Sequence record: LR756500.1
DNA length: 64,000 nt
Direction: 5' to 3' (one strand)
Both the position numbers and the translations under genes were made by a program. This document shows, piece by piece, positions 34,056 through 45,220 of the stretch. Numbering within the stretch: the first letter of the stretch is position 1; each line of letters opens with the position of its first letter. The notes beneath the pieces are model-generated. The model was given only the letters and a program-made list of their open reading frames with translations. It had not been told where the DNA came from and ran no database searches.

Positions 34056-34901
34056 TTAAAATTGTAAAAATTTTGGTGTATAACTTACACCTACTCCAAC
34101 ATATGGAGATAATTTTAAAGGATTATTAATACCTATTCCATATCCAACTTGAAATCCGATACCCCATGTTTTTCTTGTTTTCTTTAAAGCATCCATCGAA
34201 GCATTGTTATCAATAATATCTGCTCCAGCTATTTCTGTAAATTTAACTCCAGGATATTTAGTTTCTACCCATATAATAGGTTTTTTAGTTTTTTTATCAT
34301 AAGATAAACCAGTAAGTAAACTTATATTTTGTTTAATATCAAAAGTAGCTAATCCTGGATTAGGTTTAGAAAAATAATTTAGACTATCTAAACTTATTTC
34401 TGTAGAATCCTTTTTATTATAATATTGTTGTTGAAAAGGAATTAAACCAACTAAAGATCTTGAATTACCATCACTAAAAAGTGTATCAGTTTTAAATGTA
34501 AATTTTCCACTTCCATCTTTACTTAAATCAACTTTTATTGTTACATATTTAATAACCTCAGTAATTTCAGTTGTTGTTTTAATTATAGTTTTAGGTGGAG
34601 TTTTTTTCCATTCATCTAAATCACCGAACAAATCTTTATAATCAGTAGCTAATTCATCAAGAGTTAATTGATATGCTTGAATTTCTCCATGCATTGCTCC
34701 ATTAGTTTTAAGATATTGTTTTATTGTATCCTGAGATGCATCCCAATTATTTTGAATTCTTTTAGATTCTTGCTCAGCTCTTTTAGTTGCATTGCATTGT
34801 TGTAAATATAATAATGCAAAAACTATACCTATTATTAATAATAAGATACTTCTATTTTTAGGATCAAACATCCATTTAATTATATTTGTTACAAAATTCA
34901 T
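34056..34901 (-). CDS. Membrane-anchored protein, DUF6808-like (possible spanin-type lysis protein)
   Basis: N-terminal TM ILLLIIGIVFALLYLQQC, then a coiled coil, and C-terminal WGIGFQVGYG...PYVGVGVSY beta hairpin. Confidence 0.55.
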   Translation of the reverse strand: MNFVTNIIKWMFDPKNRSILLLIIGIVFALLYLQQCNATKRAEQESKRIQNNWDASQDTIKQYLKTNGAMHGEIQAYQLTLDELATDYKDLFGDLDEWKKTPPKTIIKTTTEITEVIKYVTIKVDLSKDGSGKFTFKTDTLFSDGNSRSLVGLIPFQQQYYNKKDSTEISLDSLNYFSKPNPGLATFDIKQNISLLTGLSYDKKTKKPIIWVETKYPGVKFTEIAGADIIDNNASMDALKKTRKTWGIGFQVGYGIGINNPLKLSPYVGVGVSYTPKFLQF

Positions 34902-35137
34902 AATAATATATCTTTTAAAAAGTTTGGTGTAATTATATTTCCATATTTTTCTATTAACTTATTAATTAAATAAGTTTCTTCTTCTTGTGTTTCCTTTATT
35001 TTAATTAACATCTTATCTTTTTTTGATTCGAGAATTTTCATTTGACTTTCTATCCATTCTATATCAATATTTATACCTCTATAAATAGAAATAATTTCTT
35101 TTAATTCTTCTTTTTCTTTTTCTGTTATAGTATTCAT
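34898..35137 (-). CDS. Small coiled-coil protein
   Basis: 79-aa ORF overlapping the next gene by 4 nt. Confidence 0.55.
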   Translation of the reverse strand: MNTITEKEKEELKEIISIYRGINIDIEWIESQMKILESKKDKMLIKIKETQEEETYLINKLIEKYGNIITPNFLKDILL

Positions 35138-35149
35138 TTTTATAAAATA

Positions 35150-38100
35150 TTAAATTAAACCTAATTTTTCCTCTATTAATCTTAATCTTTTTTCTAAATC
35201 ATTAATTTTAGTATCTTTTTCCTCAATTAATTTTTGTTGTTCTTGAATCGCAGGAATAGATAATAAAGCTAATTTTTTATAATCGATTGCTTTAATATTT
35301 TTATGTACTTCTCCATCAATTGTTACTTCATCTAAAAATTCATTAATCATTTCAGGAAATAATTTTTCTAAATCCTGTGCTATTAATCCTAATTCTGAAT
35401 CATCTAATTTATTAGTTTTCCATGCAAAATTAACTAACTGTAATTTATTAAATTTTTCTAATATTGATTCATTTTCTCTATAATTTCTAATATTAGTTTT
35501 TAATCTTTTATCTGATGGCGGAGTTGTATCAAAACTTACAATACTAGTTTCTTTTTTTCCATAATATACACAACCTCCAAGTGTTGCTCCATTATTATAC
35601 CAAAATGATCCATTTGCGTCATTGCCTGCAGTAGTACTTAAATGTCCTAAATAAACAGCACCTGTTCCTCCAACTGAAAATACATCAGTTGATCCATTTC
35701 TTAATTTTAAAATTTTTTCCGTTGATACTATTGAATCAATATCTATTAATAGTCCAGATCCTGTGGAATCATTTTGATATATTTTAACAGCATAATCTGC
35801 TTTATTTCCATAGAATAAACTAGTAGTATCTCCCATTACCCTAAATACTTCACCATCATTATTTTCAGTATTTAATATAAAAGCTGATGCACTTGTATTA
35901 TATATTTTAGAAGATAATCCAGATCCATCGACATTATCAAAATTATAAATTTGAGTTGTAAAATTTCCATTAATTGATGATGTAAATATAGATGATCCAC
36001 TTCCATACACTCTAAATCTTACATTTGAACCACTTTTCAGACTAATTAATTCTCCTGTTGATGAACTAGGAACTGTTATCTGTAATCCATCTCCATTAAT
36101 ATGTTCATTTTCAACTAATAGTGAAAATTTATTATTCATATCGGCAATAAAAGTACTTTCTCCTTCACCAGTTATCTTAAATATTTCGGAAATATTATTT
36201 CTACATGAAATAATATTTCTTGTAGCTAAAACATTTTCTATTTTAACATATAAACCATCTCCATTTGCATTATGATTTACTATTGCACAACTTGAATTAT
36301 TTAATGCATTACTATCTATAGTAAAAAAATTAGTATATGTTCTTATATAATTAATTCTATTTGTAAAAGAACCAAATTCAACATCTCCACTTAATTTATT
36401 AATGTATAAAGTAGTAGGAGTATTTGAAGCACTTTTACACATTATTTGATTTTCATCAAATGCTATATGTTGTCCTGATGGATCTCCTATAATTAAATCT
36501 CCTGTAGGATCAGTAGCACTTAATGTTATAGGATTTAATGAATTAATTACTAAACCTGTAATATTAGTTGCTGCTTCAATTTTCATATTATATCTATCAA
36601 AAGCACTAACTGCATAATTACCCATTGTAATAATACCTGTTTTATCTTTATAAGATTTAAATGTTAATTTAGTATCTATCACTGATCCGTCTCCTTGCTC
36701 AATAAATATAGCAGGATTAGTACTAGTCTCAGATGGAGATATAATAACATTTGATGAATCATTATCAGAATAAAATCTAACACTTTTATTTGAAGTAGAT
36801 TGAATATTAAAGTTTGCTATATACGATCCTAATCCTGCACTACTATTTACCCAAACAGATGAAGTGCTAAATACTGCATCATTATAAAAATAAGAATTGT
36901 TATTAGCTATTAATAATGCATTAAAAGTAGAATTATCATTAAATATAGTTAATCCATTAAAGGTAGAGTCATCATTAAATATAGTTAATCCATTAAATGT
37001 TGTAGTATTTGTAAAATCATTTAATGCATTAAAAGTAGTATCATTTTCAAATACAGCTAATTCATTAAATGTTGATTCTCCATTAAAAATAATTTGATTT
37101 TCAAATGTAGCTATTCCATTTAATGTTATACTTGAATTAAATATTACAGCATCATTAAAATCAACTAATGCATTAAATATAACGTCACCGTCAAAATTAA
37201 CTATTGCATAAATATTAATATCATCATAAAAATTAACTGTTGCATTAAACGTAGTTATATTATTAAATTCATTTATATTATTAAATGTAGTTGTTCCATC
37301 AAATATCGATGCTGCTGTAAAAGAAGAACTTCCTAATACTGTTATTGTGTTAGAATTAGTAAATTCAATTAAAGGCTGGTTAAATTGATTATTAATAGAT
37401 AATTTATGTGTAACTGAATTATAATTAATAGCCATCCATCCTGTAGTAACATTACTATAATCTCTAAATCTTAAATGTGTTGCTACTGGAGAATCATAAT
37501 ATGTATTTAAAGTAGCTATCGTATTAACTGCATGTATATCAGTAGTAGGATTGCTTGTAAATAATCCTATTTTACCTCTTTCATTTGTTCCAGTATGACC
37601 TAAAATTACATTTCCATTTAATGCAGTGCTTGATCCTAGTCCTCCATATAATTTAACATCACCACCAGATACTGTAACAAAACTTAAAAAATCTCCAACA
37701 TTTCCACCACTTAAAATTAAATCACCACCTTGTTCAGGAAATCCGCCGGAAAACGGTTCATCTTTTCCTTTTCCAGCAATTATAGAAAGATTAGGTTTGT
37801 TAGTATTAGTAGATTGACCAACTGATATTATTTTAGCAGAAGGTAATAAAGCATTAGTAGAATTAGGAAGGAAAATATTTCCTAAATAATCAAGTTCAAA
37901 TAATGATTGAGGCACAAATGTTGTATCACCAATTTTAATTTGAAATTTATTTTTTCTTCCACCATTATCTGTTGGTATAGCATTAAGTTCTACTCTATTT
38001 CTTTCATTTGTTACTGACCCAGATAATGTAGATAATTTTATACCTATGCCATTAGTTGTTGCTCCTGGATTATTATGTACAAATTTAATATATTGAGTTT

Positions 38101-40519
38101 GATTTAATTCTTCAGATATTGCTTCTATAAATTCACTTGGAGTAGATGTTCTAAATCCAAATAAACCTGTTTTAGTAATAGCAAATCTATCAATAGATTC
38201 AGTATTATCTTTTATTACAAATCCAACATTGTTATTTAATATTCTATACTCGTGATCAGTGTTACCTAAAATTATTCCCACTATATTTGTATCACCTTGT
38301 TGTAAAGCCATATACATAGCAGATCCTATATTATAAGCATGAATATTATAAGTAGGAACATTAATTCCTATACCTAATTTTCCACCTCTATCTGTTCCAT
38401 TATGACATAATATTACATCATTTAAAGATATACCTGTAGTAGCACTATCACCGCCATAAATATAAACTTTACCACCTATAGGATTAGCATGTGTCCCTCC
38501 ATAAATAGTTCCAGCATTACCGCCCTGTAAATATAAATTAGCACCAGCACCAGGATCTACTTCAATTAATGATAATGATAGAAATCCATCTGATCCGGCT
38601 CCTGCTTTTATATAAAGATTTGTTCCATTTGTAGGAATAGATGTACTAGGTGTTCCTTTTTCAACATCTAATATTCTACTAATAGCATCATTAGTAAATC
38701 TAATATCACCATTAATATTTAATAATACATCAGTATTTAAAGTATTAATACCAATTTTGCCATTAAAATAATTATATGTATTTGAACCTGTTTGATATAT
38801 ACCATATTTTTTTGATATAACATTTCCATCAATAGTATCTAAATATAATTGATAAACATTTGTAATATATCCACCTACTGCATTATCTTTAATTTTAATA
38901 TAATGTCCGTAAGCATTAGATATAAATTTTGTTGATGAATTTATAATTTTAATTTTTGTTCCATATGTATTTGTTATACTCCCACTTACTGCATAAATAT
39001 CTTGATCAAATCCTATTATTTCAGTTACATTATTTGTTCCAATTTGTTTAATAAAAGAATATATAGTACTTATTGATGATGAAGATGCTATAGTACCTGT
39101 ACCAGATTTATTAATATTAAATATCATACCTGATCTCTTAGGATATTCTGAAGTAACAAATCCTAAATCATTATAATTTAATGTAGCATAATATGCAGCT
39201 GCTCCTGTATTTCCAGCAGTTGATGTTGTATTATTAACATGAATAAATTGAATATCATCATTAGAATTAAAAGATCCGAGAGGTGTATTAAATATACCTT
39301 GTCCTGTTATACTTGTTGTTTTAGAAACACAAATTCTTCCGTACTTATCAAAAATAATATATCTATTTTCTGAATCATATTGTATAAATTTAGTTTTTTC
39401 TTTAGTAAAAATAGATATATCGTCATCAGAAGTATCATTTAATTTAATATAATTGTTAATACCAGTATTTAAACTATCAGTTACTAAATGTATATAACGT
39501 CTACCTAATTTACTATCAGCACCTAACTTTATATAAGTATTTTGTTTTTTAGTTATTTCATTATATAAAGCGTTTTCTAATATAATACTATTTCCACCTG
39601 TATATGTATCACCAGAAGAAGTTCCACTATCATTAGTATAATCAAATGATTTAAAATTAATATTTCCAGTTGTATTCGATAATCCAGATGTGTAATTTGA
39701 AATAGGATTACCACTAACAATAACATTAAAATCTCTTGATGAGAAAAATTCAATATCTGAATCAGTAGTAATAAATTTTATACCTGATAAAATAGAGGTA
39801 TCAATTAATTCTCTTGAATTATAAATATTTAATTCATCATATAATCCTGTTGAAATTGTAGGCATTTTATCAGTATCAACAGTATTAGTTGTGCTACCTC
39901 CTGATAATTTAATTTGAGGTACAGATCCATTATAACTATGAATAAATAATACTCCACTTGATCCTGCTGATATATCATTTGCATATGAATTACTAATTGC
40001 ATTTAGCCATGGACCTCCAACACTTGGATCAGGAGCACCTTGTGGATATCCACCAATTAAAACTGATAATATATCAATAGGATTATTTAAATTTCTTAAA
40101 TTTATAGAAGGTTGAATAAATAAAAAATCTTCTCCATCATAAGGAGCACTTCCAGAAACTACATTAACTCCACCTCTTTTAAAATCACTTATTCCACTAT
40201 CTCCAGTATCTCCTTTTAAATTAATCGATGTTTCTAACCATACATTATTAGTATATGTCCAAACACTACCATTGCTTTGTAAATAATTATCATTATTAAA
40301 TAATTCATCAGAAACAATTACTGTATTTGGGTCAGATGATCCTCCAAACCATTTAGATCCTCTTCTTCCATTAGGTCCAATAGTACCAGGGCCTCCTTTA
40401 TTACCTAAGAATCCTCTTGGTCCACCACCATGTAATAATACTTGGTCAAAATTATAATTTAGTTTGTTAACAAGATCTGAAACATTATCAGAAGCTAAAA
40501 TTTCTTTAATTCTTATCAT
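35150..40519 (-). CDS. Long tail fibre with C-terminal intramolecular chaperone (peptidase S74)
   Basis: N-terminal GxxG collagen-like stretch, repeated fibre modules, PSDKRLKTNI...GLIAQDLEKLFPE...IDYKKL...AIQEQQ and a terminal coiled coil. Confidence 0.85.
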   Translation of the reverse strand: MIRIKEILASDNVSDLVNKLNYNFDQVLLHGGGPRGFLGNKGGPGTIGPNGRRGSKWFGGSSDPNTVIVSDELFNNDNYLQSNGSVWTYTNNVWLETSINLKGDTGDSGISDFKRGGVNVVSGSAPYDGEDFLFIQPSINLRNLNNPIDILSVLIGGYPQGAPDPSVGGPWLNAISNSYANDISAGSSGVLFIHSYNGSVPQIKLSGGSTTNTVDTDKMPTISTGLYDELNIYNSRELIDTSILSGIKFITTDSDIEFFSSRDFNVIVSGNPISNYTSGLSNTTGNINFKSFDYTNDSGTSSGDTYTGGNSIILENALYNEITKKQNTYIKLGADSKLGRRYIHLVTDSLNTGINNYIKLNDTSDDDISIFTKEKTKFIQYDSENRYIIFDKYGRICVSKTTSITGQGIFNTPLGSFNSNDDIQFIHVNNTTSTAGNTGAAAYYATLNYNDLGFVTSEYPKRSGMIFNINKSGTGTIASSSSISTIYSFIKQIGTNNVTEIIGFDQDIYAVSGSITNTYGTKIKIINSSTKFISNAYGHYIKIKDNAVGGYITNVYQLYLDTIDGNVISKKYGIYQTGSNTYNYFNGKIGINTLNTDVLLNINGDIRFTNDAISRILDVEKGTPSTSIPTNGTNLYIKAGAGSDGFLSLSLIEVDPGAGANLYLQGGNAGTIYGGTHANPIGGKVYIYGGDSATTGISLNDVILCHNGTDRGGKLGIGINVPTYNIHAYNIGSAMYMALQQGDTNIVGIILGNTDHEYRILNNNVGFVIKDNTESIDRFAITKTGLFGFRTSTPSEFIEAISEELNQTQYIKFVHNNPGATTNGIGIKLSTLSGSVTNERNRVELNAIPTDNGGRKNKFQIKIGDTTFVPQSLFELDYLGNIFLPNSTNALLPSAKIISVGQSTNTNKPNLSIIAGKGKDEPFSGGFPEQGGDLILSGGNVGDFLSFVTVSGGDVKLYGGLGSSTALNGNVILGHTGTNERGKIGLFTSNPTTDIHAVNTIATLNTYYDSPVATHLRFRDYSNVTTGWMAINYNSVTHKLSINNQFNQPLIEFTNSNTITVLGSSSFTAASIFDGTTTFNNINEFNNITTFNATVNFYDDINIYAIVNFDGDVIFNALVDFNDAVIFNSSITLNGIATFENQIIFNGESTFNELAVFENDTTFNALNDFTNTTTFNGLTIFNDDSTFNGLTIFNDNSTFNALLIANNNSYFYNDAVFSTSSVWVNSSAGLGSYIANFNIQSTSNKSVRFYSDNDSSNVIISPSETSTNPAIFIEQGDGSVIDTKLTFKSYKDKTGIITMGNYAVSAFDRYNMKIEAATNITGLVINSLNPITLSATDPTGDLIIGDPSGQHIAFDENQIMCKSASNTPTTLYINKLSGDVEFGSFTNRINYIRTYTNFFTIDSNALNNSSCAIVNHNANGDGLYVKIENVLATRNIISCRNNISEIFKITGEGESTFIADMNNKFSLLVENEHINGDGLQITVPSSSTGELISLKSGSNVRFRVYGSGSSIFTSSINGNFTTQIYNFDNVDGSGLSSKIYNTSASAFILNTENNDGEVFRVMGDTTSLFYGNKADYAVKIYQNDSTGSGLLIDIDSIVSTEKILKLRNGSTDVFSVGGTGAVYLGHLSTTAGNDANGSFWYNNGATLGGCVYYGKKETSIVSFDTTPPSDKRLKTNIRNYRENESILEKFNKLQLVNFAWKTNKLDDSELGLIAQDLEKLFPEMINEFLDEVTIDGEVHKNIKAIDYKKLALLSIPAIQEQQKLIEEKDTKINDLEKRLRLIEEKLGLI
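36880..37330 (-). repeat. Hexapeptide F-x5 repeat shaft within the tail fibre
   Basis: More than 20 units of the type FNxxxx (FNGLTIFNDDSTFNGLTIFNDNST). An exact 27-nt duplication with 36-nt period lies at 36935-36961 and 36971-36997. Confidence 0.8.
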
Positions 40520-40528
40520 TTTATATCT

Positions 40529-43500
40529 TTACTTTTTGTCAATTTTTATGGATAATCCTATGCTAGTTTTATATCCTAATATTTTATTATATATCAACGA
40601 GATATCAAAACTACTATTGTTTAAACCTTTAACTTGAAAGTTATTAAATATTTTCATTCCAGATCTTAGTTTATCTGAGTTATTAATAGTTAATGGCAAA
40701 TAGTTTGTTGCTCCATCCATTTTTTCTTGCTTAATATAAAGATCAATTCCACTTATTTTATATCTAGGCAAAATATTTTGGTTAATATATTCAGTAACAT
40801 CGTCTTCAATTGATTCTTTTGAACCATATGAATATAATGGATTAATATATTTTACAAAAGTATTATATACTCCATCATGCAAATAGTTTCTTAATTTCTT
40901 TTCTATAAAAATATTTAAGGTAATTACAGAATTAATTTCAGAATAAAATATTTCTTCATTTAAATTATTTAAATCTATATTTATATCAAAAGTATTTAAT
41001 GCATACGTAAATGTATCTAATATAAATTGACTAGGTATAGTCATTACTTTAGATGCAAAAAAGGAAGGAATTTCCTTTTGAGATCTTGTACCTAATACTA
41101 ATTCAGTTAATATTTTACTTTTTTGATATGTATAATAGCCTTGATCCCAATTTGAACTAAATAAATAAAAGTTCTTTTTATCAATTCCTATTTCATGTAT
41201 TAAAGGATAAACGCTAGTATTTGAATTATTTTTAGATAATTCTAATATACTATCAGGATTATCTACATTAACTTTATGATAAAACATATTATTAATTATT
41301 CCAAAATAAGAATTTAAATTGAATTGAGTATTAGTATGTCTTACTAAATCAAATACTTGTTTTTCATACCATGTTAAATCTTCGCTGTATGTTCCAACAT
41401 AACCTTTTGTTATATAAGGATCTTCATATTTAATTACATCTATAAATTTAGGTTCATAATATCCTTTTTGTCTATAATATGGTGTAAGTTTAATATTAGT
41501 ATCCATAATTAATTTATAACCAATGGTTGAGCTTAAGTTTAATGAAACTGGTTTATTATCATCTTCTACTCTAGTAATATATGTAGGTTTAATAACTTCA
41601 TTAGGTGTTATTAATTCAACTAGAAATTGATCATAATTAATTGTTCCATCTTCTTCAACAGATTCATATATAACTTCAGGATCACCCTGATTAACCATTT
41701 TTTGAATATTAGAAAAGGATGCTTTCTTTAATCTATCTTTAAATACTTCATATCCACCGTCAATAACATAATAATTAACTTCTTTTAGTTTTTGTAACAT
41801 TGGTAAGCTAGATGGAAATGATACACTCGTACTTCCATTTCTAGATATTACTCCAGCTATTAAAGTATTATCATTTACTATTTTTACTATTTCATCTATT
41901 ACATAAACTCCAGCTCCACCACCACTATTAATAGTAAATGTAATTTTATTATATTTACCATTTGGGCCAACTTTAATATCATCTAAAAATTTAGTAGGAA
42001 CGCCATCTTTATCAGTCATTCCCTTAATTGTAAATGGACCTGGAAATGTTCCTCTACTACTAATAAAATCTATCGCGCCTTGCATTTTAATATCTTCATA
42101 ATTGTATGGTGATGGAAACGGTTGATCACCAGTAGAAGGTGCTATGTTATGTTTTAATGCATATAATAATGTTCTATCAATAAAATCTAAATTATTATCA
42201 AAATAAGGATAATCTATTGTTAAGAAAATCATCATAGTAATAGTTTTCCATTTTTTATTTTCAACTATTTTTATTTGAAATGTTGGATGTTTTGTTATAA
42301 TTGGATTTTCGATTGTAGCTATATTTTGATGCGGTATTAATACACATGAAAATTTATAGCCGTTAAATTTAGTATTTTTAACAAAATTTAATGACGACAA
42401 ATTATAATTAATATTTATTTTATCATTAATAAAAGCATCACTTCTTTGTTTAACTAAAATTTTAATTCCTCTAAAAAAAGTTTCAGCAAATCTATTTGTA
42501 TTTCCAAATTTAAAAGTATTATATCTAAATTGTTTATCAATAGTAATATAATTAGTTCCATTATTTAATCTATCAACAACAAAATAATTTAAAAAATTAT
42601 CCTTTGTAATATCTTGAAAAAATCCGTTTTGAAATTCTATAAAACCTTTTTGTTCAATATTATCGTATACTTTAGTATCAAAATAACTCCAAGATTTTTG
42701 TAAATCTGAATCTGTAAAATAATTAGGATATTTAGATAATAAATACCACTCATGAGTAAATGAATCTGGATCTTGTCCATTAACTTCTGCTGATGGTGAA
42801 AAATTATATAATCCAAATGCATCAGAAAAATTTAATCTATAATCATTATTTCTAACATCTTTTCCATCTTGATAAACCCATTTATTTACATAAGGAATTA
42901 CTCTAGATATAGTTGATAGTTCTTTTAAATAATTTTCTTTTAATCTATCATATTCATTCGTTAATTCATCTCTTCCGTTTGCATCAGCATTATCTTTTTC
43001 TAATATACCTTCTAATCTACCAAAACCAGTTGAATAAAAATCTAAAATATCAGGATTAGAAGATTTTTCAATAGGTTGTTCATATATAGAATCTACTTTA
43101 TTATATTCATCCGCTTCTGCAAATAATTCTCCTTGTTCAAAATACTCTGTTGAATAAAAATCAGTATCAAAATCTTTTATAGGATACATACTAAAACGTC
43201 CAAATGTAGGTTCAAATAATTCAAATAAAGATACTTGTTTTAATGAATCAACATAAGGTTGATTTCCATCTATTATTACAATTCTATAATCTTGATATAA
43301 TGATATATTGTCATTATAATATACAATATCTTTTATTTTTCCATATCCAGTATCAGTTTTAACATACCTATTAATATTAAATCTAGATATATCTTCATAT
43401 TTAATTTTTAATCTAGATTGATTTTTATCTGTTCCACCAACAAAATTATTTTCTAACTCATTTGTATTTGGAAAATATGAAATATGATCTCCTAATGTTA

Positions 43501-45112
43501 ATTCATTTAATACAAATCTTAATCTATTAAAATTACTTCCTGCAAATTTTGCTTGTATTATGATAGTATTTTTATTAACAATGGCTTCAAATAATCTTTT
43601 ATTAGGATCTATATTATTAATAGCATCTGTCATTGCTTCAGCTATTTCTTCTATTGTTCCGGCATTACTAAAATAATGATAATTAGATTGACCTGGAATA
43701 GTTAAAGTACTATCAGCGGATACTTCACCAATATAACTTTCATCTCCAGTTAATTGTAATATATTATTTCCATCATAAAATTTAATAGTAAATCCATGTG
43801 GTAAAGTATCGTTAATAGTAAATATAGAATGTGATTTTCCTAATGATTCTAGAATTTCAACATTAGCATATGTTAAAGGATCAGATACACCTACAAAATT
43901 TCCAATATTTATTTTTGTTTCGGCTAATCTTAATTCATTATTCTTCCAAGTTGAACCATTTTTAATATTATAAAAAATATTATTTTTATCTTTAACATAA
44001 AAATAACTAGCTAAACTATTTAATATTGAAGATGATGGTAAATCTGTTATAGTATTAATATTTTTTAAATACAATAATATACCATTATCATTATTTAGAG
44101 TATAATTTAAATTATTTGTATTAACAATAGTTTTAGTAGATGGAGGTTTAGGTAATTGAGATTTTTCTATATTCCATTTAGTATTAAATGCTTCCCCATC
44201 AATCACGAAGGATCCTTCTTCTATTTCATTAACATATAATCCAAAATATCTATGTAAATCATAATCATTAGCATTTTCATCTGAGAATAAAAATTCTAAA
44301 TTAATTAAATTACTTGCTATAATAGCATTTCGTTCAAACCCTTTTGTTATAAAGTATTCTGTCTCAATAATAGTCTTATCCTCAGTAATTAATTGTTGAT
44401 ATATCATTTCTCCTTTAGAAGCAAATCCTCCTTTATCATACGATATACCGTTCCAAGTTGTTAATCCGTATTTATCATTATCAAAGAATAAAGTTGATTG
44501 TGGATATAATGGATGATTAATATGATTTCTTAAATATTTTCCAATATTACTATTTTCTTTTAAATTAAATGTTTTAATTAGTGTAGATTTCTTAATTATA
44601 TTATCTACAAATTTAGTTTGATCTAATATATCATTAATTTTACTTGTCTCAGAACTCTCATTTGCTGTATTAATTGTTACAGGACCATCAACTCTAAATA
44701 TTATAAAATAGTTCGGTATGTTATTTTTATTTAACCATATAGGTGCAAACAATTTCATGTCTTCTGTATAGTTTTCAGATATATTTGCTCTTGTTCCATA
44801 ATTATAAAACATTTCATATTGATCAGAATACTTATCTAATACTTTGGTAGTACTAGTAGACTCATATAATGCATATGCTAATTCTTTAGGAAATTTTCCT
44901 TTATCATAAAAATTAAAAACATCTTGACTATAATCTGATGCTGGATTAATTTTATATGCTTTAAATTTAGAACTTGACAATTCCTTATTACTATCAAATG
45001 ATTCTAAATAAAGATTATCAAAAGAATCAACTAATAATTTAACATTTGACGTAATTTTTACATTAGTTCTTACTAATCCAAATGAAGTATCTAACAGAAT
45101 TTGGTTGGCCAT
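40529..45112 (-). CDS. Large virion structural protein (baseplate/tail-associated)
   Basis: 1527-aa ORF among tail genes; no catalytic motif recognised. Confidence 0.55.
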   Translation of the reverse strand: MANQILLDTSFGLVRTNVKITSNVKLLVDSFDNLYLESFDSNKELSSSKFKAYKINPASDYSQDVFNFYDKGKFPKELAYALYESTSTTKVLDKYSDQYEMFYNYGTRANISENYTEDMKLFAPIWLNKNNIPNYFIIFRVDGPVTINTANESSETSKINDILDQTKFVDNIIKKSTLIKTFNLKENSNIGKYLRNHINHPLYPQSTLFFDNDKYGLTTWNGISYDKGGFASKGEMIYQQLITEDKTIIETEYFITKGFERNAIIASNLINLEFLFSDENANDYDLHRYFGLYVNEIEEGSFVIDGEAFNTKWNIEKSQLPKPPSTKTIVNTNNLNYTLNNDNGILLYLKNINTITDLPSSSILNSLASYFYVKDKNNIFYNIKNGSTWKNNELRLAETKINIGNFVGVSDPLTYANVEILESLGKSHSIFTINDTLPHGFTIKFYDGNNILQLTGDESYIGEVSADSTLTIPGQSNYHYFSNAGTIEEIAEAMTDAINNIDPNKRLFEAIVNKNTIIIQAKFAGSNFNRLRFVLNELTLGDHISYFPNTNELENNFVGGTDKNQSRLKIKYEDISRFNINRYVKTDTGYGKIKDIVYYNDNISLYQDYRIVIIDGNQPYVDSLKQVSLFELFEPTFGRFSMYPIKDFDTDFYSTEYFEQGELFAEADEYNKVDSIYEQPIEKSSNPDILDFYSTGFGRLEGILEKDNADANGRDELTNEYDRLKENYLKELSTISRVIPYVNKWVYQDGKDVRNNDYRLNFSDAFGLYNFSPSAEVNGQDPDSFTHEWYLLSKYPNYFTDSDLQKSWSYFDTKVYDNIEQKGFIEFQNGFFQDITKDNFLNYFVVDRLNNGTNYITIDKQFRYNTFKFGNTNRFAETFFRGIKILVKQRSDAFINDKININYNLSSLNFVKNTKFNGYKFSCVLIPHQNIATIENPIITKHPTFQIKIVENKKWKTITMMIFLTIDYPYFDNNLDFIDRTLLYALKHNIAPSTGDQPFPSPYNYEDIKMQGAIDFISSRGTFPGPFTIKGMTDKDGVPTKFLDDIKVGPNGKYNKITFTINSGGGAGVYVIDEIVKIVNDNTLIAGVISRNGSTSVSFPSSLPMLQKLKEVNYYVIDGGYEVFKDRLKKASFSNIQKMVNQGDPEVIYESVEEDGTINYDQFLVELITPNEVIKPTYITRVEDDNKPVSLNLSSTIGYKLIMDTNIKLTPYYRQKGYYEPKFIDVIKYEDPYITKGYVGTYSEDLTWYEKQVFDLVRHTNTQFNLNSYFGIINNMFYHKVNVDNPDSILELSKNNSNTSVYPLIHEIGIDKKNFYLFSSNWDQGYYTYQKSKILTELVLGTRSQKEIPSFFASKVMTIPSQFILDTFTYALNTFDINIDLNNLNEEIFYSEINSVITLNIFIEKKLRNYLHDGVYNTFVKYINPLYSYGSKESIEDDVTEYINQNILPRYKISGIDLYIKQEKMDGATNYLPLTINNSDKLRSGMKIFNNFQVKGLNNSSFDISLIYNKILGYKTSIGLSIKIDKK

Positions 45113-45220
45113 ATTACAATATTACATAATTTATTTATATATTAGAATTTTATAAAATTAATAAAAAAGTCCCTATTACTAGAGACTCTTTATTTATTTT
45201 ATTTTTAAAAAATTAAATCG

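Noticed and set aside
25249-42822. Nested minus-strand ORFs 25249..25464 and 42637..42822
   Set aside because: They are out-of-frame ORFs inside thyX and the 1527-aa gene, with no recognisable motifs.
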